A stretch of DNA of 64,000 nucleotides from an uncultured Phycisphaerales bacterium (GCA_963844715.1 CAWJPJ010000006.1:1056001-1120000); one strand, 5' to 3'. Counted from the first letter of the stretch, positions 51,020-63,530 are shown. The notes: generated by a model not told the origin, from the letters alone. Program-made: numbers and translations.

Positions 51020-51438
51020 TTACGCCCGTTGCGCGATTCCCGACGCCACTTCGAACGTGACGCCGGGGAAAATCGTCGCATTCACGAGCAACCCCACGGT
51101 GATCGGCCCGTCTCCCAAATCAATTGCATCATCGTTTTGCGGAATCCCGACGATGATCGGCAAACCCGCTCGGATCACTATCGTCGTATCATTCGCAAAC
51201 AGCGCCCGCCCCTGCACAATTCGAGGCGGTCCAAAAATCGGCGCAACAAATCCCCCGCCGCTCGGCACCGTGTACACCTTGCGGGCTTGGCCCCGTACAA
51301 ACGCGTGAATCATCTGCCCGACTGGCCCATCGTATGGGACGGCGGTTTGAAGCAGCAATTCGTAATTCGTATTCGCCGGAGCGAACACGACTGAATTGGA
51401 ATTCACACTTGTGACTTTGCCCCGTGCCGGAAAATCAT
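51020..51438 (-). CDS. Hypothetical protein (probable indel just after the start)
   Basis: ORF 51020..51406 with protein-like composition, extendable to an ATG at 51438 with one indel. Confidence 0.6.
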
Positions 51439-51502
51439 TTGCGCCTTGGCATGCTGCTCCTGAAATAACGTGCTGGAAATGTAACCGCGAGCCGGCCTCG
51501 TC

Positions 51503-53059
51503 TCAACCACTCGGCTCCGCGGAGCGAATCCACTGGGCCCACATCCGGCGATAGGCCGACTCGACGTTCCGCGCGAACCGTGGGCCGTCCATCAGGGGCG
51601 ATTTCTCGATGCGCCGCCGTAAGCCCGACCGCAGCTCGGCGAGTTTTGACAAATTCCCGGCCAGGCTCACCGCAATATCGATGAACTCCCGATCCGACCT
51701 TGCCGCCAATTCGGCCAGACCCAGATTGTTCAACTGGCTCCAACCCGCGCGTCCCACCACGGTTTCGCCCACGCGAGTCACAACCGGAACGCCCATCCAA
51801 AAGGCGTCCAGGCTGGTTGTGTGCCCGTTATAGGGAAGCGTATCAAGCCCGATGTCGATTCGATGATAAGTTTGGCGATATTGGAGAGCTTCCTGAAACG
51901 GGACAAACTCCACGCGCTCAGCGGACACGCCAAGCCGGCTTAAAATTCGCTTTCGAGTTTCGCCCGGCGGATAAAGCATGACCAGACGTGATCCGCTGAC
52001 GGCTGCAAGAACCGGCGCCCAAAGCTCCAGCGTGCGATCGGTGATTTTCCGCGATATGTTCAAACATCCGAACGTCACAAACCCGCTCTTCAGCGCCGGC
52101 AGCTCATTCACCGGCGGCTCAAATCGAAGGGGATGGTAGCACCAGAAGGTTTCGGGAAGGCGAACCGATCTTTCAGAGTAATAGTCGTCCCCTTCCCCGG
52201 GCGGATCAAGAAAAGGATCGGTGAGCCGGTAGTCGATCGCGCTCTAAGCCGGTGGTTCCCGGGTAAGCCAACCAGGAGACTTGCACCGGGGCCGGACGGT
52301 GCGCAAACAGAAAGGGCCGCGCTGCGGCCATGTGCATTGTCAAATCCACCAGGATGTCGATTCCGTCATCGCGAATTATCCTTGCGACTTCCGCGTCGCT
52401 TTTACCGAGGCAATCGCGCCAAACATCGGCGAGCCGGCGAAATTGCAGCGTGTTGTGGTCCGGATTCAACACGCTCGCATAACAATGAATCTCAAATGAC
52501 TCGCGAGAGTGATTCGATAGGAGCGGAGAGGTGAAATAGGCCTGGCAGTGCCGCCGAAAATCGGGCGAAACGTAACCCACGCGCAAACGGCGATCCTCCG
52601 AGCGATCGTTGGAATAAGGCGGCGATGATTGCGTCAGCGGCGCGGCGAAGCGCTCGTTCCAGCGAGCGTGCTCGCGCGGATCGAGGCCATGTCCTGTTTC
52701 GGATCGAAATAGAGATGGAAAAGCCGGTTCGATTGAACGATTTGATTGTTCGGGGCCGATTCCAACAGCGGGCGCTCGAAGCGCTCCGCCTCGTCGAATC
52801 GTGCCAAGTCCCGCAGGCAAACGGTCAGACCGATGGGCGCCTCGACGGAATTCGAATCGAATTTAAGCGCCTGTTGAAAGCAGGCAATGGCTTCCTCGGG
52901 CCGGCCTTTGCCGCGCATCGCCAGGCCCAGGCCGACATTCGCCGAAGGCAAATCGGGGCGCAACTTCAACGCCTGCCGCAAATGGGGAATCGCCTCATCC
53001 CATTTTTGCGACTTGAGCAAGGCCTCGGCGGATGCCAATTCGTCGTTGACCATATTCAT
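51503..53059 (-). CDS. Short-TPR + GT41 glycosyltransferase, array 2 copy 3 (several indels)
   Basis: ORFs 52634..53089, 52206..52820, 51503..52111; SPDFRRHCQA, LDTLPYNGHTT; ATGA coupling. Confidence 0.88.
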
Positions 53060-55107
53060 GGCTTGCCGGTCCGGCACCAGTCCACCCACATCCGCCGATA
53101 GGCGGCTTCCATGTTCCGCGCGAACCGTGGGCCGTCCATCAGGGGCGACTTTTCCATCCGCCCGCGCATAGTCGCCCGTAGATGCGCCGGTCGCGGGATA
53201 TCACCGGCCAAATTTGCCGCAATATGGACGAACTCTTCATCCGTCCTGCCCGCCAATTCGGTCAGGCCCAAATTGTTTAGTTGACTCCACCCCGCGCGCC
53301 CCACCACGGTGTCGCCCACGCGCGTCACCACGGGTACGCCCATCCAGAACGAATCGAGACTCGTGGTGTGTCCGTTATAGGGAAGGGTATCCAATCCCAC
53401 GTCGATTCGGTGATACATATCCCGGTAATCCTGCCGCGTCTGGAACGGGACGAAGTCGACGCGATCGGCGGGCACGCCGAGCTTTTCCAAAACCCGTCCC
53501 CTGCCTTCGCCCGGCGCATACATCATGATTAGCCGAGAATTGCCGACCGCTGCCAGAACCTTCGACCATAATTTCAACGTCCGATCGTTGATCTTGCGCG
53601 TCGCGTTCAAGCACCCGAATGTTACAAACCCATTTTGCGACGCTGGCGACGCCTTCACCGCGGGGTTTCGCTCCAACGGGTCATAGCACCAGAACGTATC
53701 CGGGAGCCGAATAGACTTCTCGCTATAGAATTCATCCCCCACCCCCGGCGGATCCAGATAAGGATCGGTGATTCGATAATCGATCGCCGTCAGCCCCGTC
53801 GTCCCGGGATACGCCAGCCAGGTGACCTGAACCGGCGCCGGCTTGCGCACAAAAAGCAGCGGACGCCCGAACGCCATGTGCATCGTTAAATCAACCAGCA
53901 CGTCGATGCCATCGGCTCGCACCATCTCCGCGATTTCCTCATCCGATTTGGTGACGCAATCGCGCCAAACATCGGCATAGGTCCTAAAATTCGCGGTATT
54001 CTGATCCGGATCCAGCACGCTCGCGTAGCAAAAAATCTCAAACGCCTTGTGGTCGTGGTTCGATAGGAGCGGAACCGTGAAATAAGTCTGACAATGCCGC
54101 CGAAAATCGGGTGAAACATATCCGATCCTCAGGCGGCGGGTGGGCGTTGGATCGTTGGCGTGAGGTTTGGCCGCTCGTGTTAGCTCCGCCGCGAATCGCT
54201 CGTTCCAACGCGCGTGCTCTTGGTAAATGGATCGCGCAGTCCTGACCAGGATCGAAATAAAGATGAAACAGACGATTCCCGTAAAGCGTCTGATTTTCGG
54301 GCTCGACGTTTAGGACGAATTGCTCGATCTCCGCCGCCTCTTCGGGTCTGCCGACATCCCGAAGGCAAACAACCAGACTGATGGCCGCGCTGGCCAATTG
54401 CGGATTGATTCGCATCGCTTCTTTATACGAAGCGATCGCCTCGTCCGGCCGCCCTCCCCGCGGAAGGCGCCGCCTAAATTCATATGCGCATTGGCCAGAT
54501 CAGGCTTCAACTCGATGGCTCGCCGGGCGTGGGGAATCGCCTTGTCCCAGCGCCTCAGTTCGATGAGCGCGTTGGCAAGATTGTTTTGGCAATCGGCGCG
54601 ATCCGGGGCGATCTCGACAGCTCGGGTCAGATAACGGATCGCCTCTTGCACCCGCTTCTGTAACGCCAGCGTGACCCCCAGTTCGTTATATGCGTCGCAA
54701 TAATCCGCCTGGAGGTCGATCGCTTTTTTGAGCGAGTCGGTGGCGCCGATGGGGTCGCCGCTGATCCTCAGGGTCAGCCCAAGCAAATACCACGACGGCG
54801 CGAAATCCGGTCGAACCGCCAGGGACTCCCGCAGCGCCCTGGCGGCATCGCCCCACCGGCCCAGCCCATTGAACGCGACACCCAGATTGTAAAGCGCATC
54901 GTGCGCGTTGGGATCGGCCTTGGCCGCTCGCTCCAACCACCCAACCGCCTCTTGCGGTCGCCCGGCCTGAAAAGCCGCGACCCCCGCGAAAAGGAGCCGG
55001 CGCAATCTCGCCGTGCTCTGCCACGACGCGCCGCGCAACCGCCTCCCCCTCGCCCAGCGCCCGGCGGTCAGATGCGTCCTGGCCAGTTCCAAATCATCTT
55101 GAATCAT
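53056..55107 (-). CDS. TPR + GT41 glycosyltransferase, array 2 copy 2 (several indels)
   Basis: ORFs 54310..55143, 54038..54415, 53056..54018; KPAPVQVTWLAYPGTTG, LDTLPYNGHTT. Confidence 0.88.
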
Positions 55108-55109
55108 GT

Positions 55110-56955
55110 TCAGGCCCGCCCCGAGCGGCACCAGTTCGCCCACATCTGCCGATACGCAGCCTCGACATTTTTCGCGAATCGCGCCGCATCCATCAGTGGC
55201 GATTTTTCCATCCGGTTCCTCAGCGTCGCCCGAAGCTCCGACAATCGCGGCAGGTCCCGCGCCAAATCTGCCGCGATCTTCGCAAACTCCGCGTCGGTCT
55301 TGGCGGCCAGCTCGGTCAATTTCAGATTATTCAACTGGCTCCAACCCGCCCCCGACAATCGTCTCCCCCATCCTCGTCACCACCGGCACGCCCATCCAAA
55401 ACGAATCCAAACTTGTCGTATGTCCGTTGTAAGGCAGCGTATCCAACCCGATATCGATGCGCCGGTAAGTCAGGAAGTACAGATTGCGCAGTTGATACGC
55501 CACGAATTCCACTCTCTGCGGCTCGACTCCCAACCGCTCGACGATCCGATCGCGCCCGTCCCAGGCGGAAAGAGCATTAATAAATGCGAATCCGGAACCG
55601 CCGCCAGCACCGATTTCCAAAGGTCCAGCGTTCGTTCGGTGATCTTTCGCGAAGCGTTCAGACATCCAAACGTGACATAGCCGCGCAATAGCGCCGGCAA
55701 CGGATCGACGGCCGGCTCGCGCCGAGCGGATCGTAACACCAAAACGTATCGGCGAGCCGAACCGATTTCTCGCTATAGTTTTCATCCCCCTGCCCCGGCG
55801 GATCGAGATAGGGATCGGTCAGCCGATAGTCAATCGCGGTCTGCCCGGTCGTTCCGGGGTAGGCCAGCCAGGCTACTTGAATGGGGGCGGGTTTACGGGC
55901 AAAAAGAAGGGGACGCCCGTTGGCCATGTGCTGGGTCAAATCGACCAAAATATCGATCCCGTCGGCGCGGACCATCGCGGCCACCTCCGCGTCGGATTTG
56001 CCGAGGCAATCCCGCCACACGTCCGCATGCTGCTGAATCCGCCGCGTGTTTTCATCCCGCTCGATTACGCTCGAATAGCAGTAAATCTCAAACGCCGCGC
56101 GATCGTGATTCGACAGAAGCGGAATCGTGAAAAAGGCCTGGCAGTGCCTGTGAAAATCGGGCGAGACGTACCCGATCTTCAGCCGCCGCGTCCCCGATCG
56201 ATCGTTCCCCGGCGGCGGCATCGAGCCATGTAATGGCGCGGCGAATTTCTTGTTCCACTGCGCATGTTCCCGATAGATCGACCTGCCGTCCTGATTCGGC
56301 TCGAAATAAAGATTGAAGAGGCGATTGGCATTGGCAATCGACGGATTCCACCCCTGCGCGATGAGTTGATCTTCGATTTCCTTCGCCTCCTCGCGCTGCC
56401 CAACCTCGCGAAGCGAGACGATCATATTCATGGCCGAATCCATTAATCCCGGATTCAGTTTCAGCGCCATTCGATAATGCTCGGCCGCCTTTTCCGGTTC
56501 ACCCTTGCCTTGATAGGCATTGCCCAAATTCCCGTGCACTGGGCAAGATCGGATCGCAGTTCCAGCGCCCGCCGCAGGTACGGAATCGCTTCGTCCCACC
56601 TCCGCAACTCAACCAGGGCATTGGCAAGATTATTGTGCGCCTCGGCCCGGCCTGGATGGAGTTCCACGACGCGCCGCAACGTCTCAACCGCCTCGGCCAG
56701 ACGCCGCTGCATCGCCAGCGTCACGCCCAAATCGTTCAGCGGCTCAAAGGAATCGGCGTTCTGCTCAACCGCGCGCCTCGGCGCTTCGACCGCCCCAGCA
56801 AGGTCTCCCAACGAGCGCAATGCGATCCCGAACAAATACCACGCCACCGGATTCTGCGGCTTGGCCAGCACGATCTCGCGGAGCTTGACCGCCGCCTCCC
56901 GCGTTCGGCCCGCGGCCCAATATTCCTGCGCGACCTGTAATTCCCGGTCCACCAT
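55110..56955 (-). CDS. TPR + GT41 glycosyltransferase, array 2 copy 1 (several indels)
   Basis: ORFs 56461..56955, 55658..56599, 55327..55785, 55110..55358; SPDFHRHCQA, LDTLPYNGHTT. Confidence 0.88.
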
Positions 56956-57085
56956 GGCGACAAGCTCATCTTAGCATTCGTCCCGCATCGGGTCGAAAGC
57001 GCAAGATCGGCGCGGAAGCCTCCGCGCCATCTTTGGATTGTTGATGGAATACCCGGAAATGACCGACAGGCCCGCGGACGATAGC

Positions 57086-57874
57086 TCACACCGGCGCGGC
57101 CTGCTGAAATTCCTTGCGGCGATCGGCCATCTGCGCCTTCAGCCGCGCCAGGATCGAGCTGTGCATCTGGCTCACGCGCGATTCGCTCAAATCCAGCGTC
57201 GCGCCGATCTCCTTCATGGTCATCTCCTCGAAGTAATAGAGGATGATGATCAATCGCTCCGCGCGCGACAATCCCTTGGTGATCAGCTCCTTGAGATCCT
57301 TCCGCTGAATCTCGCGCACCGGGTCGGCCCCGCGCTTGTCTTCCAAGACATCGATCTCACGCACGTCCTTGTTACTGTCCGTTTCGAACCACTTGCGCGA
57401 CAGCGAGACCAATCCCACCGCGCTGGCGTCCTTGGCCATTTTTTCGAACTCGGCCAGGGAAACCTGTAGCCGACCGGCGATCTCGACATTCGTTGGAATC
57501 CGCCCCAGCTCGGTCTCCAGCGCCTTGGTCGCCGTATCCAGGCGATGCGCTCTCGACCTGACCAGGCGCGGGACCCAGTCCATCGAGCGCAATTCGTCCA
57601 GTATCGCCCCACGAATGCGCGGCGCGCAATACGTCTCGAATTTCACGCCGCGGTTCAGATCGAACGCGTTGATGGCGTCCATCAGCCCGAAGATGCCGGC
57701 CGACATCAGGTCGTCCAGCTCGACTTCATCGGGAAGCTTGATGTGAATCCGCTCGGCGTTGTAGCGCACGAGATGGAGGTAATGCTCCATCAGCGTGTTT
57801 CGCAACGCCTCGGTTTTGTGCTTCTTGTAATCGGTCCATACCTGTTTGATGTCCTTGACCGTCGACTTGGCCAT
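57086..57874 (-). CDS. fliA: FliA/WhiG-family sigma-28 factor
   Basis: DDLMSAGIFGL, RIRGAILDELRSMDWVPR, LSESRVSQMH. Confidence 0.95.
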   Translation of the reverse strand: MAKSTVKDIKQVWTDYKKHKTEALRNTLMEHYLHLVRYNAERIHIKLPDEVELDDLMSAGIFGLMDAINAFDLNRGVKFETYCAPRIRGAILDELRSMDWVPRLVRSRAHRLDTATKALETELGRIPTNVEIAGRLQVSLAEFEKMAKDASAVGLVSLSRKWFETDSNKDVREIDVLEDKRGADPVREIQRKDLKELITKGLSRAERLIIILYYFEEMTMKEIGATLDLSESRVSQMHSSILARLKAQMADRRKEFQQAAPV

Positions 57875-57967
57875 GAGACCTCCCGTTCCATGGGTCCTGA
57901 ACGTGGTTGGCATTTTCGTCGCGCGCTCCTATGTAAAAATGCGGTCTAGGGATTGAGCCAATTTTCT

Positions 57968-58213
57968 TTATCGGTCACCCGGCGTCGGGTGGGATGAGCT
58001 TTTCTTTAGTTTTTCCGCCTCCTGACGAAGATTTTCATCGAGCATTTTGCGGGCCATGCTGCCGACGACAAGTCCGATAACCAGGGTCGCCAGCATTGCC
58101 ACTACCGCCCGCCCAACCGTCGTGGCAAACGAGTTCCCGGCCTCGAGGCCTCCGACCACCAGGCAAACGGCAAAGGCAAGGAACGCCATCGAGCAGGCAA
58201 TTCTTTGTGTCAT
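57968..58213 (-). CDS. Small two-TM protein in the flagellar operon
   Basis: Two hydrophobic helices; lies between flhG and fliA. Confidence 0.7.
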   Translation of the reverse strand: MTQRIACSMAFLAFAVCLVVGGLEAGNSFATTVGRAVVAMLATLVIGLVVGSMARKMLDENLRQEAEKLKKSSSHPTPGDR

Positions 58214-58223
58214 GGGTCTCCTG

Positions 58224-59075
58224 TCACTTTCTGAACCATCGGCTCATCCGATTAAAGAACCCGCCGGGCACCGCCGGACCGATCCCGCGCTGCAAGCGCA
58301 TCGCCAATTGACCGATCCCCTGGCTCGCCGGGCACCTGGGGCTGGCGAGCAAAAACGGCGTCCGCCGCCGCACCGCGGCCGGAACCTCGGGGTCGGTCGG
58401 CACATATCCAGCATCCTGCACGGCAACGCCGAGGAATTGCTTGGCAACCTTGGCGATTCGCTCGTAAACCAGCCGGCCCTCGTCCGGTCTCTGCACTTGA
58501 TTCACCAGCAGACTCAGCGGCCGATCCGGCGCATCCCGGCTGATAACCTTGATTACTGCATAGGCGTCCGTGATGGCCGTCGGCTCGGGGGTCGTCACGA
58601 CCAAAATCTCATCGGCGCAGCGCGTAAAACTCAGCACATTGGGACTGATCCCCGCGCCGGTATCGATGAGAATCACATCCGTGCGCGATTCCAATTCCGC
58701 CAGCGAATCGACCAGCTTCTGGCGGTCCTGATCCGTCAGATCCGCCATCCGCGCCAGCCCCGATGCGCCGCCGATCAACCGGAATCCGCCGGGCGCTTCG
58801 ACCATGACTTCCGCCAGCTCCTTGCGTCGCGCGATAACGTGCGAAAGATTCGATGGCAAGTCGATGTTGCACAGCACGTCCGCGTTCGCCAACCCCAGAT
58901 CGGCATCCATCAGCACGACTTCCTTGCCGGCCGACGCTAATTTGATCGCCAGATTCACGGCGATGTTGCTCTTTCCGACGCCCCCTTTGCCGCTGGTGAC
59001 GGCGATCACGGTAGCGCCCGTGTTCTGCCGCGCCAGCCGCCGAAGCTGCGTTGCTTGATCCACGGCCATAGTCAT
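58224..59075 (-). CDS. flhG: MinD/ParA-family flagellar number regulator FlhG/FleN
   Basis: DQATQLR, SGKGGVGKS, DADLGLAN, PEPTAITDAY. Confidence 0.93.
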   Translation of the reverse strand: MTMAVDQATQLRRLARQNTGATVIAVTSGKGGVGKSNIAVNLAIKLASAGKEVVLMDADLGLANADVLCNIDLPSNLSHVIARRKELAEVMVEAPGGFRLIGGASGLARMADLTDQDRQKLVDSLAELESRTDVILIDTGAGISPNVLSFTRCADEILVVTTPEPTAITDAYAVIKVISRDAPDRPLSLLVNQVQRPDEGRLVYERIAKVAKQFLGVAVQDAGYVPTDPEVPAAVRRRTPFLLASPRCPASQGIGQLAMRLQRGIGPAVPGGFFNRMSRWFRK

Positions 59076-60231
59076 CGTCCGGCCATCCTTTCCAATCCCA
59101 GGATCAACTCCGCCAGCTTGCGGCCCCGCCCCACTTCGATGTCGTCAGGCACGTCTTGGCCGGTCGTGACATACGAAATGCTCTTGTTCACCTTTCGCAC
59201 AACGTTGAGCACCGTCCCGACGTGGGCCGCCTCATCGAGCTTGGTGAAAATGATCTTGTCGGCGCGAACGTCTGAAAAACGGTTGATCGCCAGTTCCACG
59301 CACGGCTGGCTTGCCGTCGTCGACAGCACCAGATGCACTTCATCGGGCCGGGCGGCGGCGAGGAAGCCTTTTAGTTCGCTCAGCTTGAGCGCATCGTTCG
59401 GGCTGCGCCCGGCGGTGTCGATCAAGATGAAATCGCAATCCCGCATCGACGCCACGGCTTTGCGCAATTCCTCGGGCGAATTGGTCACGCTCAATGGCGA
59501 ATCGATGATGTCCGCATATTTCCGAAGCTGGTCGATCGCGGCGATGCGATAAGTATCAATTGTGATCAGCCCGACGCGCCGATGATCGCGCAATTTCAAA
59601 TTCGCGGCCAGCTTCGCAATCGTCGTCGTCTTTCCCACCCCGGTTGGCCCGATGAGCGCGACCACGTGCGGCCCGGCGGCTTTGTTTCGCACGATCGGCC
59701 CCGCCGAGGGAAGCAGCCGCTCGATGTGCTCCGCCATGCGGCTGAGAACGAGTTCCTTCTGCCGCGCCTGGTCCGGCCTGATCTGCCGCCCGACTTGCTT
59801 GACGATCTCAGATGCCAGTTCCGCGCTGACCTGATTATCCACCAGATGGGTGTAATATTCCGCGAATTCCTCGGGAATCTGCGGGCAACGCTGGGCCCGG
59901 GTCTGATCGACCAGGCCCTTCACCATCGCCTTGAGGCTGCTCATCTCCTGGCTTAAGCCGACCATGGCCGCCCCCTGAACCGCAGGCGATTCCAAAAGCT
60001 TGCGCCCGGCATTTCAGATCGCATGGGAGCGGGTTGCGGTCGCCGCGCCGCTCGGGAACCTGAAGCCCGCGGCCGGCCGTCACCTCGACGACATCCCGGC
60101 GCCGCAAGCCCATCCAGTGCCGCCGCTGATAGGTGCCGCGTGTGCAGGATCACCGCGCCGGAGCCCATCGACGACTTCACCTGCTCCAGCGCCTCTTTCA
60201 TTGACGCAGCCTGAAACGTTTTCAAATCCAT
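59072..60231 (-). CDS. flhF: Flagellar SRP-type GTPase (indels in the N-terminal region)
   Basis: MDLKTFQA...GAVILHTR; GPTGVGKTTTIAKLAA, DTYRIAA, DTAGR, TKLDE, GQDVPDD. Confidence 0.93.
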
Positions 60232-60247
60232 GGCATCTTCACCCGAT

Positions 60248-62353
60248 CTATCCGTTGACACCAACCATGGCGACGGCTTCCACCGTCACCTCGGTAACAA
60301 TTTCGTTGAATCCCAAAACCGCCATCTGCGGAATCGTATTTTCGATCATCCTTCGCATCGCCGCCCGAATCTGCGGACCGCACAAAATCACCGCCGATCG
60401 CCCCGCCTGCGTGAGTTCCGCTGCCTTGGCGGCGACCTGTTGGACGATCTTCTGCACCGTCACCGGCGGCATCGTGTTGTTCGTCCCGCGATCGGATCGC
60501 TCAAGATGACCGTTGATTAATTCCTCCAGCGCCGGGTCGAGCGTCAGGCACCAGAGCCGGTCCTTCTCGTCCACATATTGCTTGCAGATCGTTCGCGCCA
60601 AGGCGTGCCGGACGTATTCGGTCAGAACTTCCAAATCCTTGGTGCGCGTTGCGTAGTCGCCGATGGTTTCGAGAATCGTTTCCAAATCGCGCACCGGGAC
60701 GCGCTCGCGCAGGAGATTCTGCATCACCTTCTGCAATTCGCCGGGCTTGACCTGCGTGGGAATCAATTCCTCGATCAGCGCCGGCACGCGCACCTTGAGA
60801 TGATCCAGCAGGTTCTTCACATCCTGCCGGGAGAGCAATTCATTGGCATGGCTCTTGATGACTTCGGTCAGGTGCGTCGCGATGACTGCCGTGGCCTCGA
60901 CGACTGTATAGTTGAGTAGTTCCGCCTGCTGCCTCTGCGGCTCGGTGATCCAATACGCCGGCAAGCCAAACGCCGGCTCAATCGTCTGCACCGCGCCGGG
61001 GATTTTTCCGGATGTCGCCCCATTATCCATCGCCAAAAATTGCTCCGGATAGGCGACGCCCTTGCCCACTCCTTGACCCTTCAATCGCACGACATAGTCA
61101 TTGGCTCCAAGCTGCATGTTGTCGCGAATGCGCACCGGCGGGACAACGATCCCCAGATCGATGGCGATCTGCCTGCGGATTAGCCCGATCCGATCCAGCA
61201 AATCCCCGCCCTTGCTGGCATCGACGAGCCTGACCAGCCCGTACCCCACTTCCAATTCCATGGCGTCCAGATCAAGCAGTTTTTCGACCTTTTCCGGCTC
61301 CTTCTTGGCGGCTTTTTCTTTTTCCTTCGCCACGGCAACTTTCGTCGCGCGATTTTGCCCGCGCGACATCGTCAGCGCCAGCCCGGCGCAGCCCCCTCCC
61401 AACGCCAGCAGCGGAATCTTCGGCAGGCCCGTGAAAAGCAGCAGACCGAGAAACGCCGCGGAGATCACCAGCGCTTTGGGCTTTGAGAAGAGCTGTGCGA
61501 GAATCTCGTCGCCAAGGTTCGATTTGCTGCTCGTCCGGGTGACCACCAAACCCGCCGCCAGGGAGATGATGAACGCGGGAATCTGGCTGACCAGGCCGTC
61601 GCCGATGGTCAATTTTGTGTAGAGGGAAAGGCAATCCGTCAATGCCCAGCCGTGCTCGAACATGCCGACGTACAAACCGCCCAGGACGTTTACAAAAACG
61701 ATGATGATTCCCGCGATGGCGTCGCCGCGCACGAATTTGCTGGCACCGTCCATGGCCCCGTAAAAGTCGGCTTCTTGCGAGATGTCCGCCCGGCGCTTTC
61801 TGGCCTCAGCCTCGTTGATGTTCCCGGCGTTCAGATCGGCGTCGATCGCCATCTGCTTGCCGGGCATGGCGTCCAATGTGAATCGCGCGGCCACTTCCGA
61901 AATACGCGTCGCGCCTTTGGTGATCACCACGAACTGAATCACCACGATGATAATGAAGATGATGATCCCGACGGCCAGCGACCCCTTGGTGACGAAATCG
62001 GCGAACGCGAAAATCACCTGCCCAGCGCTGGAGAGAGCCGATTGGGCATCGGCCGCGCGATCCCCGGCCGTGAGAACGAGACGCACCGTCGCGACGTTCA
62101 ATACCAGCCTGAACAGCGTCGCCGAGAGGAGTAACGAAGGAAACACCGAAAATTCGAGCGGGCTGGTCACATAAATCGTCGTCACCAGCACAATGACGGA
62201 AAGCGTCAGGTTGAACGTAAGCAGCACATCCATGACGCCCGGCGGCAGCGGAATCAGGATCACCAGCAGCAAACTCACAAACGCCAGCGGGAAAATCATC
62301 CCGCGGTTTTGGTGCAGCTTGACGAGCAGAGGATTGGACGGGATCGCGGCCAT
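60248..62353 (-). CDS. flhA: Flagellar export protein FlhA
   Basis: EVAARFTLDAMPGKQMAIDADL, FYGAMDGASKFVRGD. Confidence 0.97.
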   Translation of the reverse strand: MAAIPSNPLLVKLHQNRGMIFPLAFVSLLLVILIPLPPGVMDVLLTFNLTLSVIVLVTTIYVTSPLEFSVFPSLLLSATLFRLVLNVATVRLVLTAGDRAADAQSALSSAGQVIFAFADFVTKGSLAVGIIIFIIIVVIQFVVITKGATRISEVAARFTLDAMPGKQMAIDADLNAGNINEAEARKRRADISQEADFYGAMDGASKFVRGDAIAGIIIVFVNVLGGLYVGMFEHGWALTDCLSLYTKLTIGDGLVSQIPAFIISLAAGLVVTRTSSKSNLGDEILAQLFSKPKALVISAAFLGLLLFTGLPKIPLLALGGGCAGLALTMSRGQNRATKVAVAKEKEKAAKKEPEKVEKLLDLDAMELEVGYGLVRLVDASKGGDLLDRIGLIRRQIAIDLGIVVPPVRIRDNMQLGANDYVVRLKGQGVGKGVAYPEQFLAMDNGATSGKIPGAVQTIEPAFGLPAYWITEPQRQQAELLNYTVVEATAVIATHLTEVIKSHANELLSRQDVKNLLDHLKVRVPALIEELIPTQVKPGELQKVMQNLLRERVPVRDLETILETIGDYATRTKDLEVLTEYVRHALARTICKQYVDEKDRLWCLTLDPALEELINGHLERSDRGTNNTMPPVTVQKIVQQVAAKAAELTQAGRSAVILCGPQIRAAMRRMIENTIPQMAVLGFNEIVTEVTVEAVAMVGVNG

Positions 62354-62371
62354 GATTCGTTACTGATCGCC

Positions 62372-63460
62372 TTAAACGGCGACCGCGCCCCTCCTGATCT
62401 TGCCGGTTAGTTCGTAGACATACGCCAGAATTTCGGCCACCGCCGCGTAGAACTGCTCCGGAATCTCCTCGCCGACATCGACCATGCGGTAAATGGCGCG
62501 AGCCAACGGCGCTCTTTCGACGATCGGCACGCCCGCCTCGGCGGCCAATTCGCGAATCCGCTGCGCCATGTAATCCGCCCCCTTGGCGATCACCCTGGGG
62601 GCGCGCATGGCGTTCTGCTCGTACTTCAGCGCCACCGCCACGTGCGTCGGATTGGTCACCACCACGTCCGCCTTCGGGACGTCTTTCTTCAGTTTCTGCA
62701 TCGCCCGCTGGATCGCGATCTGTCGGCGCCGGCGTTTCACCAGCGGATCGCCTTCCATGCTCCGCATTTCATCTTTCACTTCCTGCTTGGTCATTTTGAG
62801 CTGCTGTTCGTTGCGATAGCGCTGTTGCGCGTAGTCGAGGATCGCCAGAACGAGCAGCAGCACCCCGATGCGGATGCCGATTTGATAAACCAGATCGCAC
62901 CCGATCCCGAAAATCTGGGTAAAAGTAAATTGCTGCACGGAAACGATCTGCGCCAGCCGGTTTCCAATCGCCGAATAGGCGACCATCCCCACCAAAACAA
63001 CCTTGAGCAGATTCATGAGCAGATGCATGCCGCCCTGGCCCATGCTGAAGATTCGTCCCAGCCCGCGCGTGGGGTTGAGAGCCGCGAAATTCGGCGTCAA
63101 TCTCGCCGTGTTAAAGTAAATTCCGGTTTGCGCCAGATTCGTCGCAATGACGAGAAGGCAAATCCCGCCCAGAATCGGAACCAGCGAAATCCCCACCACG
63201 CCGAAGCAATAAACCGCCTGCTCCGCCAATCGCGCCGGCGACTGATCCGCCATCGAGGGGCCGGACAACATTTCCGTCACCACCGTGTCCATGGCCATGA
63301 TGACTTTTTCGCCGAACCATTTCAGAAGCAGCAAGCCGCCAATGAGAAGCACCGCGGCGGTCAGATCGGGGCTGCGCGCGACGTTCCCCTGGTCGCGCGC
63401 TTCCTGGCGGCGGCGGGCCGTCGGGGCTTCTGTTTTATCTCCACCTGCATCTTCTGCCAT
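62372..63460 (-). CDS. flhB: Flagellar export protein FlhB
   Basis: KTEAPT, KMTKQEVKDE, NPTH autocleavage motif. Confidence 0.97.
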   Translation of the reverse strand: MAEDAGGDKTEAPTARRRQEARDQGNVARSPDLTAAVLLIGGLLLLKWFGEKVIMAMDTVVTEMLSGPSMADQSPARLAEQAVYCFGVVGISLVPILGGICLLVIATNLAQTGIYFNTARLTPNFAALNPTRGLGRIFSMGQGGMHLLMNLLKVVLVGMVAYSAIGNRLAQIVSVQQFTFTQIFGIGCDLVYQIGIRIGVLLLVLAILDYAQQRYRNEQQLKMTKQEVKDEMRSMEGDPLVKRRRRQIAIQRAMQKLKKDVPKADVVVTNPTHVAVALKYEQNAMRAPRVIAKGADYMAQRIRELAAEAGVPIVERAPLARAIYRMVDVGEEIPEQFYAAVAEILAYVYELTGKIRRGAVAV

Positions 63461-63530
63461 AAACTGCTTCTCTTTTTCCCGTGCTCATGCCTTCTACTAC
63501 GGCACATGAGTCAGGGGACTATCTCGGCCC

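Noticed and set aside
51503..56955. Diversity-generating retroelement acting on the GT41 paralogs
   Set aside because: No reverse transcriptase; differences between copies are not adenine-specific
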